DNA of 64,000 bases from Octopus vulgaris (GCA_951406725.2 OX597825.1:70680001-70744000); one strand, 5' to 3'. Positions 26,493 to 39,897 are shown, numbered from the stretch's first letter. Notes: generated by a model not told the origin, from the sequence alone. Program-made: numbers and translations.

Positions 26493-27539
26493 CCTCTCTC
26501 TCAAACATATACGCCCCAGTCTGTAACATACAAATGTAACTATCAGGGCAATAGCAGAACCCGCTTCCAAAACAATAAAGGAAAAAGAAATACTTGCTTT
26601 AGATGAGCACACTATTAATTAATTGGTGCATAGTAATTATAGCCGAAGGAAGAAATAAGAATGAGGAAGACATTAGGCAATTAATAGCAACAAAGACTAG
26701 CTGCTAATTTAGTATAGCTCTCAGAGTGACCTAATAACTAATTATCTTACCTAATTGCTTAGGTAAGTTATAATGTCGTACTAACTTGCTTCTGACTAAC
26801 AGCAGTAATAAGAGTAATTGCAGGTAGAGGTAGAAAACGTAGCTCGTAATGCCACTCCTGAAGATGGCATAGTTAGAAAGCAGGGGTACCAACATTCCAT
26901 AGACAAGGTAGTCTGATTAATAGCAAACTCTGTCTGCAGTAAAGGAAGTGATATAAACAGTATTATCTTCTAGAAATGCCAACTTTTGGAGTGTGGGAGG
27001 CTTTGTCAGATAACTCTTCTCCTTTGAAATGTTTGCTATCATTCAAGCTCTCTAGAAATTCAAAATTATGTCAGTAGGGTCTCTTGTCTCTTCTGATATC
27101 ACAAGCACTGTGAGTGGTCCCTTATGACACTCCGAAGGGGCAGCATAGACACTTATGAAAACGAGAGACGGAGAGAGAGAGAGACGGAGAGAGAGAGAGA
27201 CGGAGAGAGAGAGAGAGAGGGAGAGAGAGAGAGAGAGAGAGAGAAGAAATCAGCAACAGTACTAGACTACTGCTTTATTTATCAACCCCTGAACCCCCAG
27301 CCTCACCCACCCCACCCCACAAGCCAAAAAAAAATAGGATGGAGGGCCAAGTTGACTCCAGTGGGATTTGAACTCAGAACTCAAGGAAACCAGAGACCCA
27401 GAAAAAATACCACAAGACATTCTATCCAATGCTCTAATGACTCTGACAACAACAACAACAATATGAGATCACCATGTCAGACACATCTGGTTGTGATGCA
27501 TGTGCCTAGTGTACCCTTATTAGTGTACCCTTATTATAT

Positions 27540-28100
27540 GCCCTGATGCAGTGCTCTCTCTCATGGCTTCTAATCTTAACTGATTGGAAGTGTTATCATG
27601 TTTTATCTCAGTATAAAAGATAGGACAGCAAATATTCTGCTCACTATCACAGATTTACTTGTCAGATGTTTGACCATAACCAGTTGAGCATGTCCCTTGG
27701 TGGCTGACAATATGTGCATCTCTGATCATAAAAAAGAAGTAGTGGGGGAGCATCATAGCCATGTGTTGAGAGGGATTTCTTTGGAGTTTGAATAATTCAC
27801 CTCTGGAAACATGGATGCTTCGTTTAACATCTTTAAACAACCCTTATTCAAGGACCATTTGAGCAGGATGGGCTACTCGACCCGAAGAAAACTCAAACTG
27901 GGCCCCACCTGCAAGGTCATGCACTGTTTATCTTCATATGAGATCACCATGTCGCACGCATTTGGTTGTGACACATGTGCCTGATGTACCCATATCGGAT
28001 GGGTAGTCATGATGGGTATACTGGGCTTCGTATATTTTACTCCAGTGTCACTTTGATGGCATGCACTGCTCTCTCACTCAATAATAATAATAATAATAAT
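27540..28100 (+). repeat. Family D (AAT)n-flanked repeat
   Basis: GCCCTGATGCAGT...CTCTCTCACTCAATAATAAT; matches the other copies. Confidence 0.85.
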
Positions 28101-28359
28101 AATTGAGAAATAACATCTGAGTTAAACGTCTGAATATCTGAGTTAATTGTTGATAATTATGATATTTCAGACTAATTAATCTCATCTGTGAGAGATAAAG
28201 CTCTTACAATTTCAATCAGGCTGATTTGTGTATTTTTATAAGAAGAAATTTGGCTGCTTTATAAGCTTGGTTTAAAATAATGGTATCTTTCCATGGCAGA
28301 AGCCTAATTATTTTTATAAGAGAGAATGAAAGAACCAGTAGATTAACTTCTACATTTTC

Positions 28360-28606
28360 CGTGCCGGTGGCACGTAAATAGCACCAACCGATCGTGGCCA
28401 TTGCCAGCCTCACCTGGCATCTGTGCTGGTGGCACATAAAAAGCACCCACTACACTCAGGAGTGGTTGGCGTTAGGAAGGGCATCCAGCTGCAGAAGCAC
28501 TGCCAGATCTGATTAGAGCCTGGTGCAGCCTCCTGGCTTCCCAGACCCCGGTCAAACCGTCCAACCCATGCTAGCATGGAAAGCGGACGCTAAACGATGA
28601 TAATGA
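28360..28606 (+). mobile_element. RTE LINE 3'UTR fragment
   Basis: Matches 16030-16283; other fragments at 22800-23255, 45400-45590, 49045-49240 and 54000-54470. Confidence 0.82.
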
Positions 28607-28924
28607 TTAATAGAACTACTATATGGTCCAGTCCTTACCACGGTGTGCAGTACAAGTCCTTATCATGCCTGTGCAGTACAAGTTCCTGGTAGGGTCCCCC
28701 CGACCCAACCTTGTACTGGACAGGTCAAAGGATGGAGGCCAGATTATTATGAACCACTTCTTCACAGAGTTAAAAGTGGGTTTGTGTAGGGTCAACACAC
28801 CTATCTAGAGAAAAGATAGCATCAAAGAAAACTGAAAATCCACAAAACTTGGGAGAGGAAAGCCTTCCTTCAGGAAGGTAGAATACTGATGAAGAGCTAA
28901 AAAAGCGTCCCCAAAGTCCATCCC

Positions 28925-29262
28925 CTCCTCACCATGGTGGGGACGCTGGCAACGGGTAGTGTCAGAGCTATGTTGTCAGGAACTTCGGTTCCTGGTAGGG
29001 CCACCCAAGGCGGATTGGTCTAACACTGAGTGGTGAAAATCCTCGGAGTGTCTGTTTCGGCAACCGGCGGCTCCTCAGTCATTCTGTCCCTGCATCTTCG
29101 GACAATCTGCGGCAAACAGGATGTCTCTACATGCGGGATTGCTGGGGACCGCTTGTGAAATTCATATTCCCACGAAACTTCTTCCACTGCCTCGAGGGTG
29201 GTGAAAGAAGCCGGCTCAACCCGCCCAGGGTGAATTTCGCCACAAGTACAAGTAAGTAAGTA
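28925..29262 (-). mobile_element. GC-rich retroposon fragment resembling an RTE UTR
   Basis: GGCCCTACCAGG...CCTGACAACATAGCTC...CCCCACCATGGTGAGG resembles RTE-clade UTR motifs (from recall); (ACTT)n end. Confidence 0.5.
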
Positions 29263-31048
29263 AAAAAGCAGGGATCCAACAGGAAAGAAACAAGAAAGAG
29301 AGCCCACTTCTATGGATAAGGGTTAGAAGATTTTAAAATGACATCAGAATAAATGACTAGATAAGTTAACGAAAAGACTCATTATAAAAAGCTAACACTA
29401 ATATGGACAAAACAGGCAAGAAACATATAGATGATAAATGGTTACGCTCTGAGAATTAATAACATTATTTTGAGAACAAGTTTAGTATTCTTATTAAATT
29501 AAGAAATATATATTGGAACAATATTTACATTCAGCGTTTGTTTTCATATAAGTGAAGACTAAATAACCTTGGATTACACTCAAGTTGAGCAACTGTTTAA
29601 GACATTCGTGGTGATGAGTGTGAAAAGAAAATGACCCAGATAGATTTATCTACCTATGTAGTTATATACATATACACACAAATGTATATCATTACACTAC
29701 TGATGCAAATGAAAAATGAGACACATATAATTGATAGATTTAAAAGAAAGTATGGATGTTTACTCAAAGTTGCCATTAGCAAAACTCTGTATTTCATATC
29801 ATAGACAAACACTAAGAACCCAATTATTAGACCTACCTAACAACAACAACAACGATAATGATAACGATGATGATGATGATGATGATGATGATGACGACAA
29901 CAGTTATATAGGAAGGGGAAAATAAACATTGATTTATTCTTTGAGGAGAAATTTTTAAAAGAAAAACTAGTATAAAAGACATCCAGTTTTCAAAGATCTC
30001 TTTTCTATATAAAAAATAATTTCACGGTTTTTCTGATTTGAACATTTTTTTGTATTTTTCATATATATATATAAAAGTAAACAAACATTTTTTTCTTTTT
30101 TTTTGTCTTTTTGTTGCTTGAAGAGTGCAAATGTGGAGCAAATATTTCTGATTGGTTTAAATTTTAAGTAAATACTTAAAAATAGGGTAATTAAAGACTT
30201 CTTTTGCTTTTCTTTTTTTTAAATAAGAAATACAGAATCTGAAAAATTGTAACTAAACTTCTAACTAACTTTCAGTTTTTATTATTTTTTTTATATATTT
30301 ATATATGATGGGCTTCTTTTAGTTTCCATCTGCTAAATCCACTTACAAGGCTTTGGTTGACCTGAGGCTATCGAAGAAGACACTTGCCCAAGGTGCCAAC
30401 ACTTGAGAATGCAGTTGGGACGTGTAATGACAGTCACTTCTGATAGGAGCTTATGGAGGAGGTACCTGAGGACTCTGAAGAGACAGATGGTAAAGAAAAT
30501 GGATGGATGGATGGATGGATGGATGGAACTATGATGGTGGTAGTGGTGGTGGTGGACCCTCCAATGGTTTAGACATTAAATATTGCAATTCTTCAGTCAA
30601 AGATGGGCTTCTCTCAGTTTCCATCAACTAAACCCACTCCCAAGGTTTTGGTCAGCCCAGGGCTTTCGTAGAAGACAATGGCTCATGGTACAATGCGGTG
30701 GGACTGAAAAAGGAACCATGTGGTTGGAAAGTATAGTGTTTGATATTGTTTGAAATCTATACAGCAGAACTCACAGAGTGTCAGACAAAATTATTTTACG
30801 GTATTCAGTCCAGTCACTTCTGACTCTGGGTTCAATCCTCAATGCAGTTGACTTTCCCTTTTATCCTGCTGGGGTCTATAACACAAGTAAAGATTATTTT
30901 AATTAACTGTTCCCAAACCAAAATTTGTGGTCATGTGTATTGTGTATTAAGTCAGTTGGTATTCTTGGGAGTGAAAGAAAATGGTAGTAAAGAGGAAGAA
31001 TAAAGGGTTTAGAAACAGTGTAATTTTGCCTGAAGGTGGCAATGTTAC

Positions 31049-31148
31049 CTGAGAAAGGTAATGATACTCCGTGGCATCGTGTAAATGAAGAAAACTTCGT
31101 TCCTCTGCAGAGGCTCCTTTCAGAAGATAATAAAAGACATGGTAATTC
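31049..31148 (-). CDS. MYO9: Myosin IX motor exon B: (R)NYHVFYYLLKGASAEERSFLHLHDATEYHYLSQ
   Basis: Acceptor cttgctttcag, donor gtaaca; 100 nt, phase 2 to 0; joining to exon A completes ERNYHVFY. Confidence 0.96.
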
Positions 31149-31460
31149 CTGAAAGCAAGAAATAAAAAAACAAAATTAATTGAACATCCAATCGGAAATA
31201 ACAACTGAAATATCATATGCAGAATTAACATTCCCTCTCTCTTGCCTTCTCTCTCCCTCTCCATTCATCCATCCATCTATCTATCTATCTATCAAGTCAT
31301 GTATCTACCTAAATATCTATCTATCTACATATCTTTCTATCTACTACCTGCCTATTTCATCGAAGCTGCAAGCATTGCACTCCATGTTTGAAGCTCTGAT
31401 GAAGCTGATACACAATCATTCAACTACGAGTGCATTACACCGTATAGCAGAAACAGCTAT

Positions 31461-31692
31461 AAGGCGGCAAGCTGGCAAAAACATTAGCACGCTGGACGAA
31501 ATGCTTTGTGGTATTTCGTTCGCCACTGCGTTCTGAGTTCAAATTCCGCCGAGGTCGACTTTGCCTTTCATCCTTTTGGGGTCGATAAATTAAGTACCAG
31601 TTACGCACTGGGGTAAATGTAATTGACTTAATCCATTTGTCTGCCCTTGTTTGTCCCCTCTATGTTTAGCCCCTTGTGAGCAATAAAGAAAT
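31461..31692 (+). mobile_element. SINE family B
   Basis: Matches the 11182 copy; AAACAGCTA occurs on both sides. Confidence 0.88.
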
Positions 31693-32000
31693 AAAAAACA
31701 GCTAATAGCTAATGAAGTTCACAACATAATTTCTTATTCTTTTGTCATTTTATTTTCTGATTATATATATATATATAAAAGAAATTATATCTATTACAAA
31801 TATTTATATAACAACAATCAGTACTATGGAGAAAAGGAAAATATAGTAAGCTTCTAACAATGCAGAAAGTTTTACAAAAACCTTTATATTTCAGGCGCAA
31901 GGCTCATGCTCAGAAGGAAGCAGTCCAAGAAATGTCTAGTTACACCAGTTTTGTTATTTTATTTAAACTGCTCAGTGTTCAGGTTTGCAGCAGTAGCAGT

Positions 32001-32372
32001 GGAGGCGCAATGGCCCAATGGTTAGGGCAGCGGACTCGCGGTCAGAGAATCACGGTTTTGATTCCCAGACCAGGCGTTGTGTGTGTTTATTGAGCGAAAA
32101 CACCTAAAGCTCCACGAGGCTCTGGCAGAGGATGGTGGCGACCCCTGTTGTACTCTTTCGCTCAAACTTTCTTTCTCTCTTTCTTCCTGTTTCTTGTCTC
32201 CAACTTCCTACGCAACCGCTGAGCCTGGATGCACATTCATCTATCCATCGATGCTCTCGGTATCGGGGGTTGGCCTGCTTTCTCTTCTGCGGGTCTTATG
32301 AATAGCAAAGGACCACGTTTCGAGCTTCTAGAACGAAGACCGCTTCGCTCAACAAACAAACAAACAAACAAG
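32001..32372 (+). mobile_element. tRNA-derived SINE with (AAAC)n tail
   Basis: GGAGGCGCAATGGCCCAATGGTTAGGGCAGCGGACT head; tail CAAACAAACAAAC; flanked by GTAGCAGT direct repeats. Confidence 0.8.
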
Positions 32373-33423
32373 TAGCAGTAGGAGCAGTAGCAACAGTTCT
32401 CCAACTGCTGGTGCAAGCAACTCTCCAATGCTTCTATATATATATATATATATAGAGAGAGAGCAATTATGTAAAGACATCAGAGTCATGGTTTGAGTCT
32501 TTTGAGCACTATCAAGTGTCTGATATACAGAGAATCGCCGGATCTCATCTGTGAACTAACTATAGATACTGGTTTCAAATTCTGGAACAAGGCCAGCAAT
32601 TTAGGGGGGGGGGGGTAAGTCAATTACATTGATCCCCAGTACTCAACTGGTACTTATTTTATCAATCCCGGAAAAATGAAAGGCAAGGTCAACCTCAGCG
32701 GAGTTTGGGGCGCTTGAATGTGGTTACACAAACTGCTAGAAATAGCAACCAAATTTCCCCTCAAGTTATAACCTACCAATCTAAAAGAAGTAAAAGAAAA
32801 AAAAAAAAACAGGTTGTTCTGTTTGGAATGCTTTTAGCCATAAGTTTGCTCCATTACATCGTACCTGGGGCTAAACAAAAACAACAACAGTCACACATAG
32901 ACAGGAATATAGAACTTTCTGGACCAAAATAATTGGCTGAGACATCTTCCTATGTTTCACATTAAGCAGAAAAAAACCAGGTGAAGTGTGAAAAACAATC
33001 TTGAAATGGAGTGGCTGAAATTATGCCTTCTAAATAAATAATGTTGGCTATTTAAATAGATTAGGATATTTATGGAAGATATTTATCAGACGAGACCGAC
33101 AGCCAAGCATAGATGCAACATGATAACGAATGAAATTATCAAAAAGTTCTTTTTTGTTTTTGTGGAGAACTTTTGCTTTCCTTCTTTTTTGTTTTTTGTG
33201 TTTTTTTGTTTGTTTTTTCTTAAATACCAGTTGATATCATCGAAAATAAAAATAAATTGTTCTTGCATGCTGAGTGTAGGAATGGCTTATATTAATATCT
33301 TATAACTATATCTGGATGAGACACCCTAGAAAACTTCCAATTCATGGCCACTGATGACTGAGCCTCTATGTGGTCATTCAAACTGTTAGAAATAGCAGCC
33401 AAATCACACCTTACTGTCACTAA

Positions 33424-33468
<45 letters not shown>

Positions 33469-33777
33469 CTGGAGCACCGCCTTTAGTCGAGCAAATTCAA
33501 CCCCAGTACTTATTCTTTGTAAGCCTAGTACTTATTCTATCAGGGTCTTTTTGCCAAACTGCTAAGTTTCAGGGACATAAAGAAGCCAACACCAATTGTC
33601 AAGTGACAGTGTGTGTGTGTGTGTATGTATGTGGGTAAACACAAACACAAAGACACACATAAATACACACACACACATATATACACTGCTGCTGCTAGGA
33701 ACAGAAACAACCACAACATGGGTAATGGCAGGGACCAACAGACAGACATGGTGGTGGCGGTAGCAGCAGCAGCAGCT

Positions 33778-33844
<67 letters not shown>

Positions 33845-34365
33845 GGTTGATGATGGTAGCAGTAATGGTGGTAGTGGTACTGAGGAAGATAACCCTAGAA
33901 GGGCCAACAACATGAATACCCACTTGACACTCTGCTCTTCAACATATGTGACAAATCTTACAACATGAGCTTCTTTCAGTTTCCATCTGCCATATCCTCT
34001 CACAAGGCTTTTGGTCAGCCCAAATGAGGTTTTAGTAAAAGACACTTGCCAAGCAGTGGGAATGAACCTGGAGCCATGTCAGTCAGGGAGCTAGCTTCTT
34101 ACCACACCACACAACCACACGCCTATAGTTTGTTTACATCCCCATGTCTTTACAGTTCAGCAAAAGAGACTGATAGAATAAGTACCAGGCTTTAAAAAAA
34201 AAAACAAGAACAAAAACCATAAAATAAGCACTTGGACCAATTTGTTCAAGTGGTGCTCCAGCATGGCCACAGTTCCATAACTAAGACAGGTAAAACATAA
34301 AAGATATAAACACTTCCAAGAGAGACAGTCTCAGGTAAAAAAAAACTTCCCAAACTAGTTAACAA

Positions 34366-34760
34366 GCAGGAGTGGCTGTGTGGTAAGTAGCTTGTTTACC
34401 AACCACATGGTTCCGGGTTCAGTCCCACTGCGTGGCACCATGGGCTAGTGTCTTCTACTATAGCCTCGGGCCGACCAAAGCCTTGTGAGTGGATTTGGTA
34501 GACGGAAACTGAAAGAAGCCTGTCGTATATATGTATATATATATATGTGTGTGTGTGCATGTGTGTTTGTGTTTGTCCCCCTGGTATTGCTTGACAACCA
34601 ATGCTGGTGTGTTTATGTCCCCGTCACTTAGCGATTCGGCAAAAGAGACTGATAGAATAAGTACTGGGCTTACAAAGAATAAGTCCCGGGGTCGAGTTGC
34701 TGGATTAAAGGCGGTGCTCCAGCATGGCCGCAGTCAAAAATGACTGAAACAAGTAAAAAG
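34366..34760 (+). mobile_element. SINE family A, full length
   Basis: Highly similar to the 18187 copy. Confidence 0.9.
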
Positions 34761-35726
34761 AGAGAGAGAGAGAGAGAAGCCTAAGTTTTAAGCTAAGCAT
34801 TTCACAATCACCAGAGCCACTGGCCTGCACACACCCTTAAATATCACCATGGCAACGAGAGCAACGCAACAGGTAAAAAATTGCAGAGTAAATGAAGCAA
34901 ATGTAAACAAACCGGGGGAGTCGGAAGGGGACAGGGAAGAAGGCCCCAACCAACATGTGACAGGTACCGCAGTGTCAACAACAGAAGGCTGCAGTTTAGA
35001 AAGCTCGACAGCCAACCAAACGGCCACTGGAGTTAGTTCTGAACTAAGATTCTTAGATCAACAAAGACTACCTTTGCCATCTGATGACATAAGCATTCCG
35101 CCGCTGCCACTCAAAGCCATTCTCATAACAGTATAAACAAGTTGCAACTGTACAATTTGGTCACATACATGCATGCACATACACATGCACACACGAAGTG
35201 AAGCCTGTATTTTAAAGTAGTTGACAAATCTCTCAGTAAGTAATTACTCAACATTACATCTAACTAAAGGTGATGGTGGTGGTGGTCAATGGAGCGGTGG
35301 TTGTGGGGAGGTTGCAGTGGTGATTGAGAAGGTGGTAGTGGCGATGATGGTTGTCATGGTGGTGGTGGTGGTGGTGGTGGTGGTGGTGGTGATGGCAGGT
35401 GTTTTCTACTACAGTCTCAGGCCAACCAATACTTTGCAAATCAATTTGTTAGCAGGAAACTGTGTAGAAGCCCATATCATACAAACACACACACAATGTC
35501 TAGATGTGTGTGCTTTTATGCCTGTGTTTGTCACACACACACACACACACACACTGATTGATAACATAATGAAGCACTGCAGCAAAAGAGACCAACAGAC
35601 TTAAGTGCCCAACTTAATAACAAAGAGTATAAATACTGAGTTTGATTTGTTTGATAAATCACTTCAAGGCTATGCACCACCATGTCAGATCACCGACTTA
35701 AATAACAACAACAACAATAAAAGTAA

Positions 35727-35776
<50 letters not shown>

Positions 35777-35778
<2 letters not shown>

Positions 35779-36267
35779 CCCTGATGCAGTACCATCATTA
35801 TTATTATTACAAGATGGCCTACAGCAAATATTCTGCTCAATACCACAGATTTGCTTGTCAGTTGTTTGACCATAACCAGTTGAGCCTTAGTGGCTGACGA
35901 TATGTGCATCTCTGATCATGAGCAGAAGTAGTGGGGGAGCATCATAGCCATGTGTTGAGAGGAATTCTTTGGGGTTTCGATAATTCACCTTTGGAAACAT
36001 GGGTGTTTCGTTCATCATCCTTAAACAAACCTTATTCAGGGACCTTTTGAGCGGGATGGGTTACTCGACCAGAAGAAACTTCTAACTGGGCCCTACCTAC
36101 AACGTCATGTGCTGTTTATCTTGATATGAGATCACCATGTCACACACACATGGTTGTGATGTATGTGCCTAGTGTACCCTTATCAGACGAGTGGTTATGA
36201 TGGGTATACTAGGCTTTGTATATTTTACCCCAGTGTCACTTTGATGGCATGCACTGCTCTCTCACTC

Positions 36268-36305
<38 letters not shown>

Positions 36306-36315
36306 TAATAATAAT
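35777..36315 (+). repeat. Family D repeat
   Basis: Flanked by (AAT)n; matches the other copies. Confidence 0.85.
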
Positions 36316-36579
36316 ATTAATGGTTTCTGATTTTGGCACAAGGCCAGCAAGCTCAAGGGAGGGGGTAAATCAATTACATCGACCCAAGTGCTCAACTGGT
36401 TCTTATGTTATCGACCCCGAAAGAATGACCCCAGTGCTCGACTGTTACTTAATTTATTGGCCCTGAAAGGATGAAAGGCAAAGTCAGCCTCGGCAGTATT
36501 TGAACTCAGAACGTAAAGATGGGCAAAACATCGGCAAGCATTTTGCCCAGCGTACTAACAATTTCGCCAGCTTGCCACC

Positions 36580-36664
<85 letters not shown>

Positions 36665-36667
36665 TAA

Positions 36668-36709
<42 letters not shown>

Positions 36710-37888
36710 TGATAATAATAATGTATTAAGCTATTTGTATTTTTTTCTTCAGCAACTTGTAATACAATCTCTATTTTTTCTGTATCGTTTATACAACGTC
36801 CTTGAATTTGTTTCAGCTGTTTACTTTATAGACAATAGCAAAGGTCTGTGCAACATTATTCCTTATATGAAACATAACCTTACAATAACCTAGCATAAAG
36901 CAATAAGGGAGAAGTCCCAAAGTGGTCAGCTGATCAGAAGAAATGAAGAGTGAGATAGCCATCAAATCGCATCCTGTTGCTTTTAAAAGGATAAACAAGG
37001 GAAGGGCTCTCTTCCGTGTTGTACTACGTAGTAAGGCTGTCTTTGAACAGTTCCCAGTTGCACCTCCTGTTTGTTTCAGTCATGAGACTGCGACCGTACA
37101 AAGGCACGGCCTTGGAGGGCTTAGTCAAACAAAGTGGTACCGGGACCAGGTGTTAAACAATAAGGGCAGAACAAACATAAACGATATATGTTTCTTAATT
37201 GCCCACAAGGGGCTAAACATAGAGGGGACAAACAAGGACAGACAAAGGGATTAAGTTGATTACAGTGCGAAACTGGTACTTTATATATCAACCCCGAAAG
37301 CATGAAAAGCAAAGTCGACCTCGGCGAAATTTGAACTCAGAACGTAACGAGGGATGAAATACCACTAAGCATTTTGCCCAGCGCACGCTAACGTGTCTGC
37401 CAGCTCGCCGCCTTCCATAAACGATATATGAAACATACACACACACACATATACAACAGGCTTCTTTCAATTTCTATCAATTATATCCACTGATAAAGAT
37501 TCCGTCGACCTGACTATAGCAGACAACATTTGCCCAAGGTGACATGCAGTGGGACTGAACCCAGGACCAAGTGATTGGGTAACAAGCTTCTTAACCACAC
37601 AGCCATGCCTCTGGCTATTATCAGGCATCATTGTGTGGTAAGAAGTTTGCTTCCAAACCACATGGCTCCTGATTCGGTTCCACTGTATGATAGTACCCCA
37701 TAACTTAGGGGTTTGGCTGTTTGACTAAACCTTGCAAGGTGGTGCCCTAGCATGGCTGCAATCCAATGAGTGACACAAGTAAACGAAAAGAAATCAAACT
37801 GAAACACAAGAATTTGTTTCAGAGTTGTACTTATTTGGCAAGTGGTTTTGCAGTGGAATTATTATTATTACTATTATTATTATTATTA

Positions 37889-38444
37889 TTGAGTGAGAGA
37901 GCAGTTCATGCCATCAAAGTGACACTGGGGTAAAATATACGAAGCCCAATATACCCATCATGACTACCCGTCTGATAAAGGTATACCAGGCACATGCATC
38001 ACAACCATATGTGCACGACATGGTGATCTCATATCAAGATAAACAGCACATGACCTTGCAGGTGGGGCCCAGTTAGAATTTTCTTCAGGTTGAGTAGCCC
38101 ATCCCGCTCAAACGGTCCCTGAATAAGGGTTGTTTAAGGATGTTGAACGAAACACCCATGTTTCCAGAAGTGAATTATTCAAACCCCAAAGAATCCTTCT
38201 CAACACATGGCTATGATGCTCCCCCACTACTTCTGCTCGTGATCAGAGATGCACATATCGTCAGCCACTAAGGGACATGCTCAACTGGTTAAGGTCAAAC
38301 AACTGACAAGCAAATCTGTGGTATTGAGCAGAATATTTGCTGTAGCCCATCTTTTATACCAAGACAAAACAATGAACATGATAACACTTCCAATCAGTTA
38401 AGATCAGAAGCCATGAGAGCCACTGCCTGGTACTGCATCAGGGC

Positions 38445-38447
<3 letters not shown>
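37889..38447 (-). repeat. Family D repeat, full length, inverted
   Basis: Reverse complement of the 27540 and 35777 copies; inserted in (ATT)n. Confidence 0.88.
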
Positions 38448-38477
<30 letters not shown>

Positions 38478-38489
38478 GGAATTATTGTA

Positions 38490-38775
38490 TACAGTGCTAA
38501 GATGCACCACAGCTTGTCAAAAGTGCGTATAAAACATATGCAGTAATGTGCAAATGTCTGGCAAGTGAACAGTGTAGGAGTCGGATACATGCTTGCGTGT
38601 GTATGGAGGGGAGAAAATCAGGAGTAGGGTTGGCGAATCTCAGGAAGCATGGAAGTTTTGAAGGATGCAGTGCTCCGACAACTAACAACTGATGCCGGCA
38701 GTCTGTTCCATGCTTCAGCAACTCTTAGCGTGAAAAAACGTTTCCGAAAGTCATGGGAGCTGTGCTGTTTTCTGT
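38490..38775 (-). mobile_element. CR1/L2-group LINE 3' end
   Basis: RKRFFTLRVAEAWNRLPASVVSCRSTASFK matches the CR1-type ORF2 terminus. Confidence 0.85.
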
Positions 38776-39146
38776 TGGTGTTTGGGTTGTAGGTGTACAA
38801 CAAAACTTTGACACTTTACTACTGAGAAATACAACAAAGAGTGAGCATAAAGGTGTATGATGTGTTTTAAAAGGCTTTCAGCAGCAAGTCAGATGGAGTT
38901 TGTTCTTGTATTCTTTTTGTATTAATAATAATACTAATGTGTATACAGGGTTTTAATGAGTTTTGTAAGGCACTATGGTAACCTGAATCTGATAATCGGA
39001 TATCTAGAAAATTCAGCTATCTGGCAAGACTTGGGTCTCAGTTGTGTGGATAGAAAGGAATTTAGAGACCACTCATTACTCCAAGTCATTATTGTAGAAT
39101 ATAAGAAAATAAGAATATAAGAATATAAGAATACAAGATTACTTAC

Positions 39147-39209
39147 CTTTCATTTTTTGCTTGAGAAACAATTCTAGATTTTTCCAATAAGTATTTCTCC
39201 ACAATAGCA
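39147..39209 (-). CDS. MYO9: Myosin IX motor exon A: (G)AIVEKYLLEKSRIVSQAKNE(R)
   Basis: Acceptor tttatttgcag, donor gtaagt; 63 nt, phase 2 to 2; contains the conserved myosin YLLEKSR motif. Confidence 0.95.
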
Positions 39210-39474
39210 CTGCAAATAAAATTAACGATAATTAATTTAACAAATCATTACAGTAAAATATTACAACATATTAAATCAGATTTCAAACGTAGGACAAACA
39301 TGAGGTCAGAACTATGACATGGAAAGGAAACATTCAATGAGATCAAACGCCAAGTAATTTAACTGGTATTTCACTGACACATGGAAAAAGGAGAGGTAGC
39401 TCTGATTCAACTCTGGCAGCATTTGAACTCAGAATGCAAAGGAATGTAACCAAACACCACAAACTTCACCATTT

Positions 39475-39897
39475 CTTATTTCTTTAGTGCCCACAAGGGG
39501 CTAAATATAAAGAGGACAAACAAGGACAGACAAAGGGATTAAGTCGATTACATCGACCCCAGTGCGTAACTGGTACTTAATTTATTGACCTCGAAAGGAT
39601 GAAAGGCAAAGTCAACCTCGGCGGAATTTGAACTCAGAACGTAAAGACAGACAAAATACCTATTTCTATTTCTTTACTATCCACAAGGGGCTAAACACAA
39701 AGGGGACAAACAAGGACAGACAAACGGATTAAGTTGATTATATCGACCTCAGTGCATAACTGGTCCTTAATTTATCAACCCCGAAAAGATGAAAGGCAAA
39801 GTCAACCTCAGCGGAATTTGAACTCAGAATATAGCAGCAGACAAAATACCGCTAAGCATTTCGGCTGGCATGCTAACGATTCTGCCAGCTTGCCACC
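39475..39897 (-). mobile_element. Tandem pair of family B SINEs
   Basis: Two consecutive reverse-complement copies of the 11182 element. Confidence 0.85.

Noticed and set aside
26797-26934. Good minus-strand acceptor (cacttcctttactgcag) followed by 45 open codons, as a candidate cassette exon
   Set aside because: No convincing in-phase donor before the stop and no recognisable homology
29050-29085. Minus-strand CTGAGGA...GAAAC hammerhead-like motif
   Set aside because: Stems I and II do not pair convincingly
32001-32075. tRNA genes at SINE heads (also 9210, 19215, 25905, 60105)
   Set aside because: A/B boxes continue into SINE bodies and no complete cloverleaf is evident
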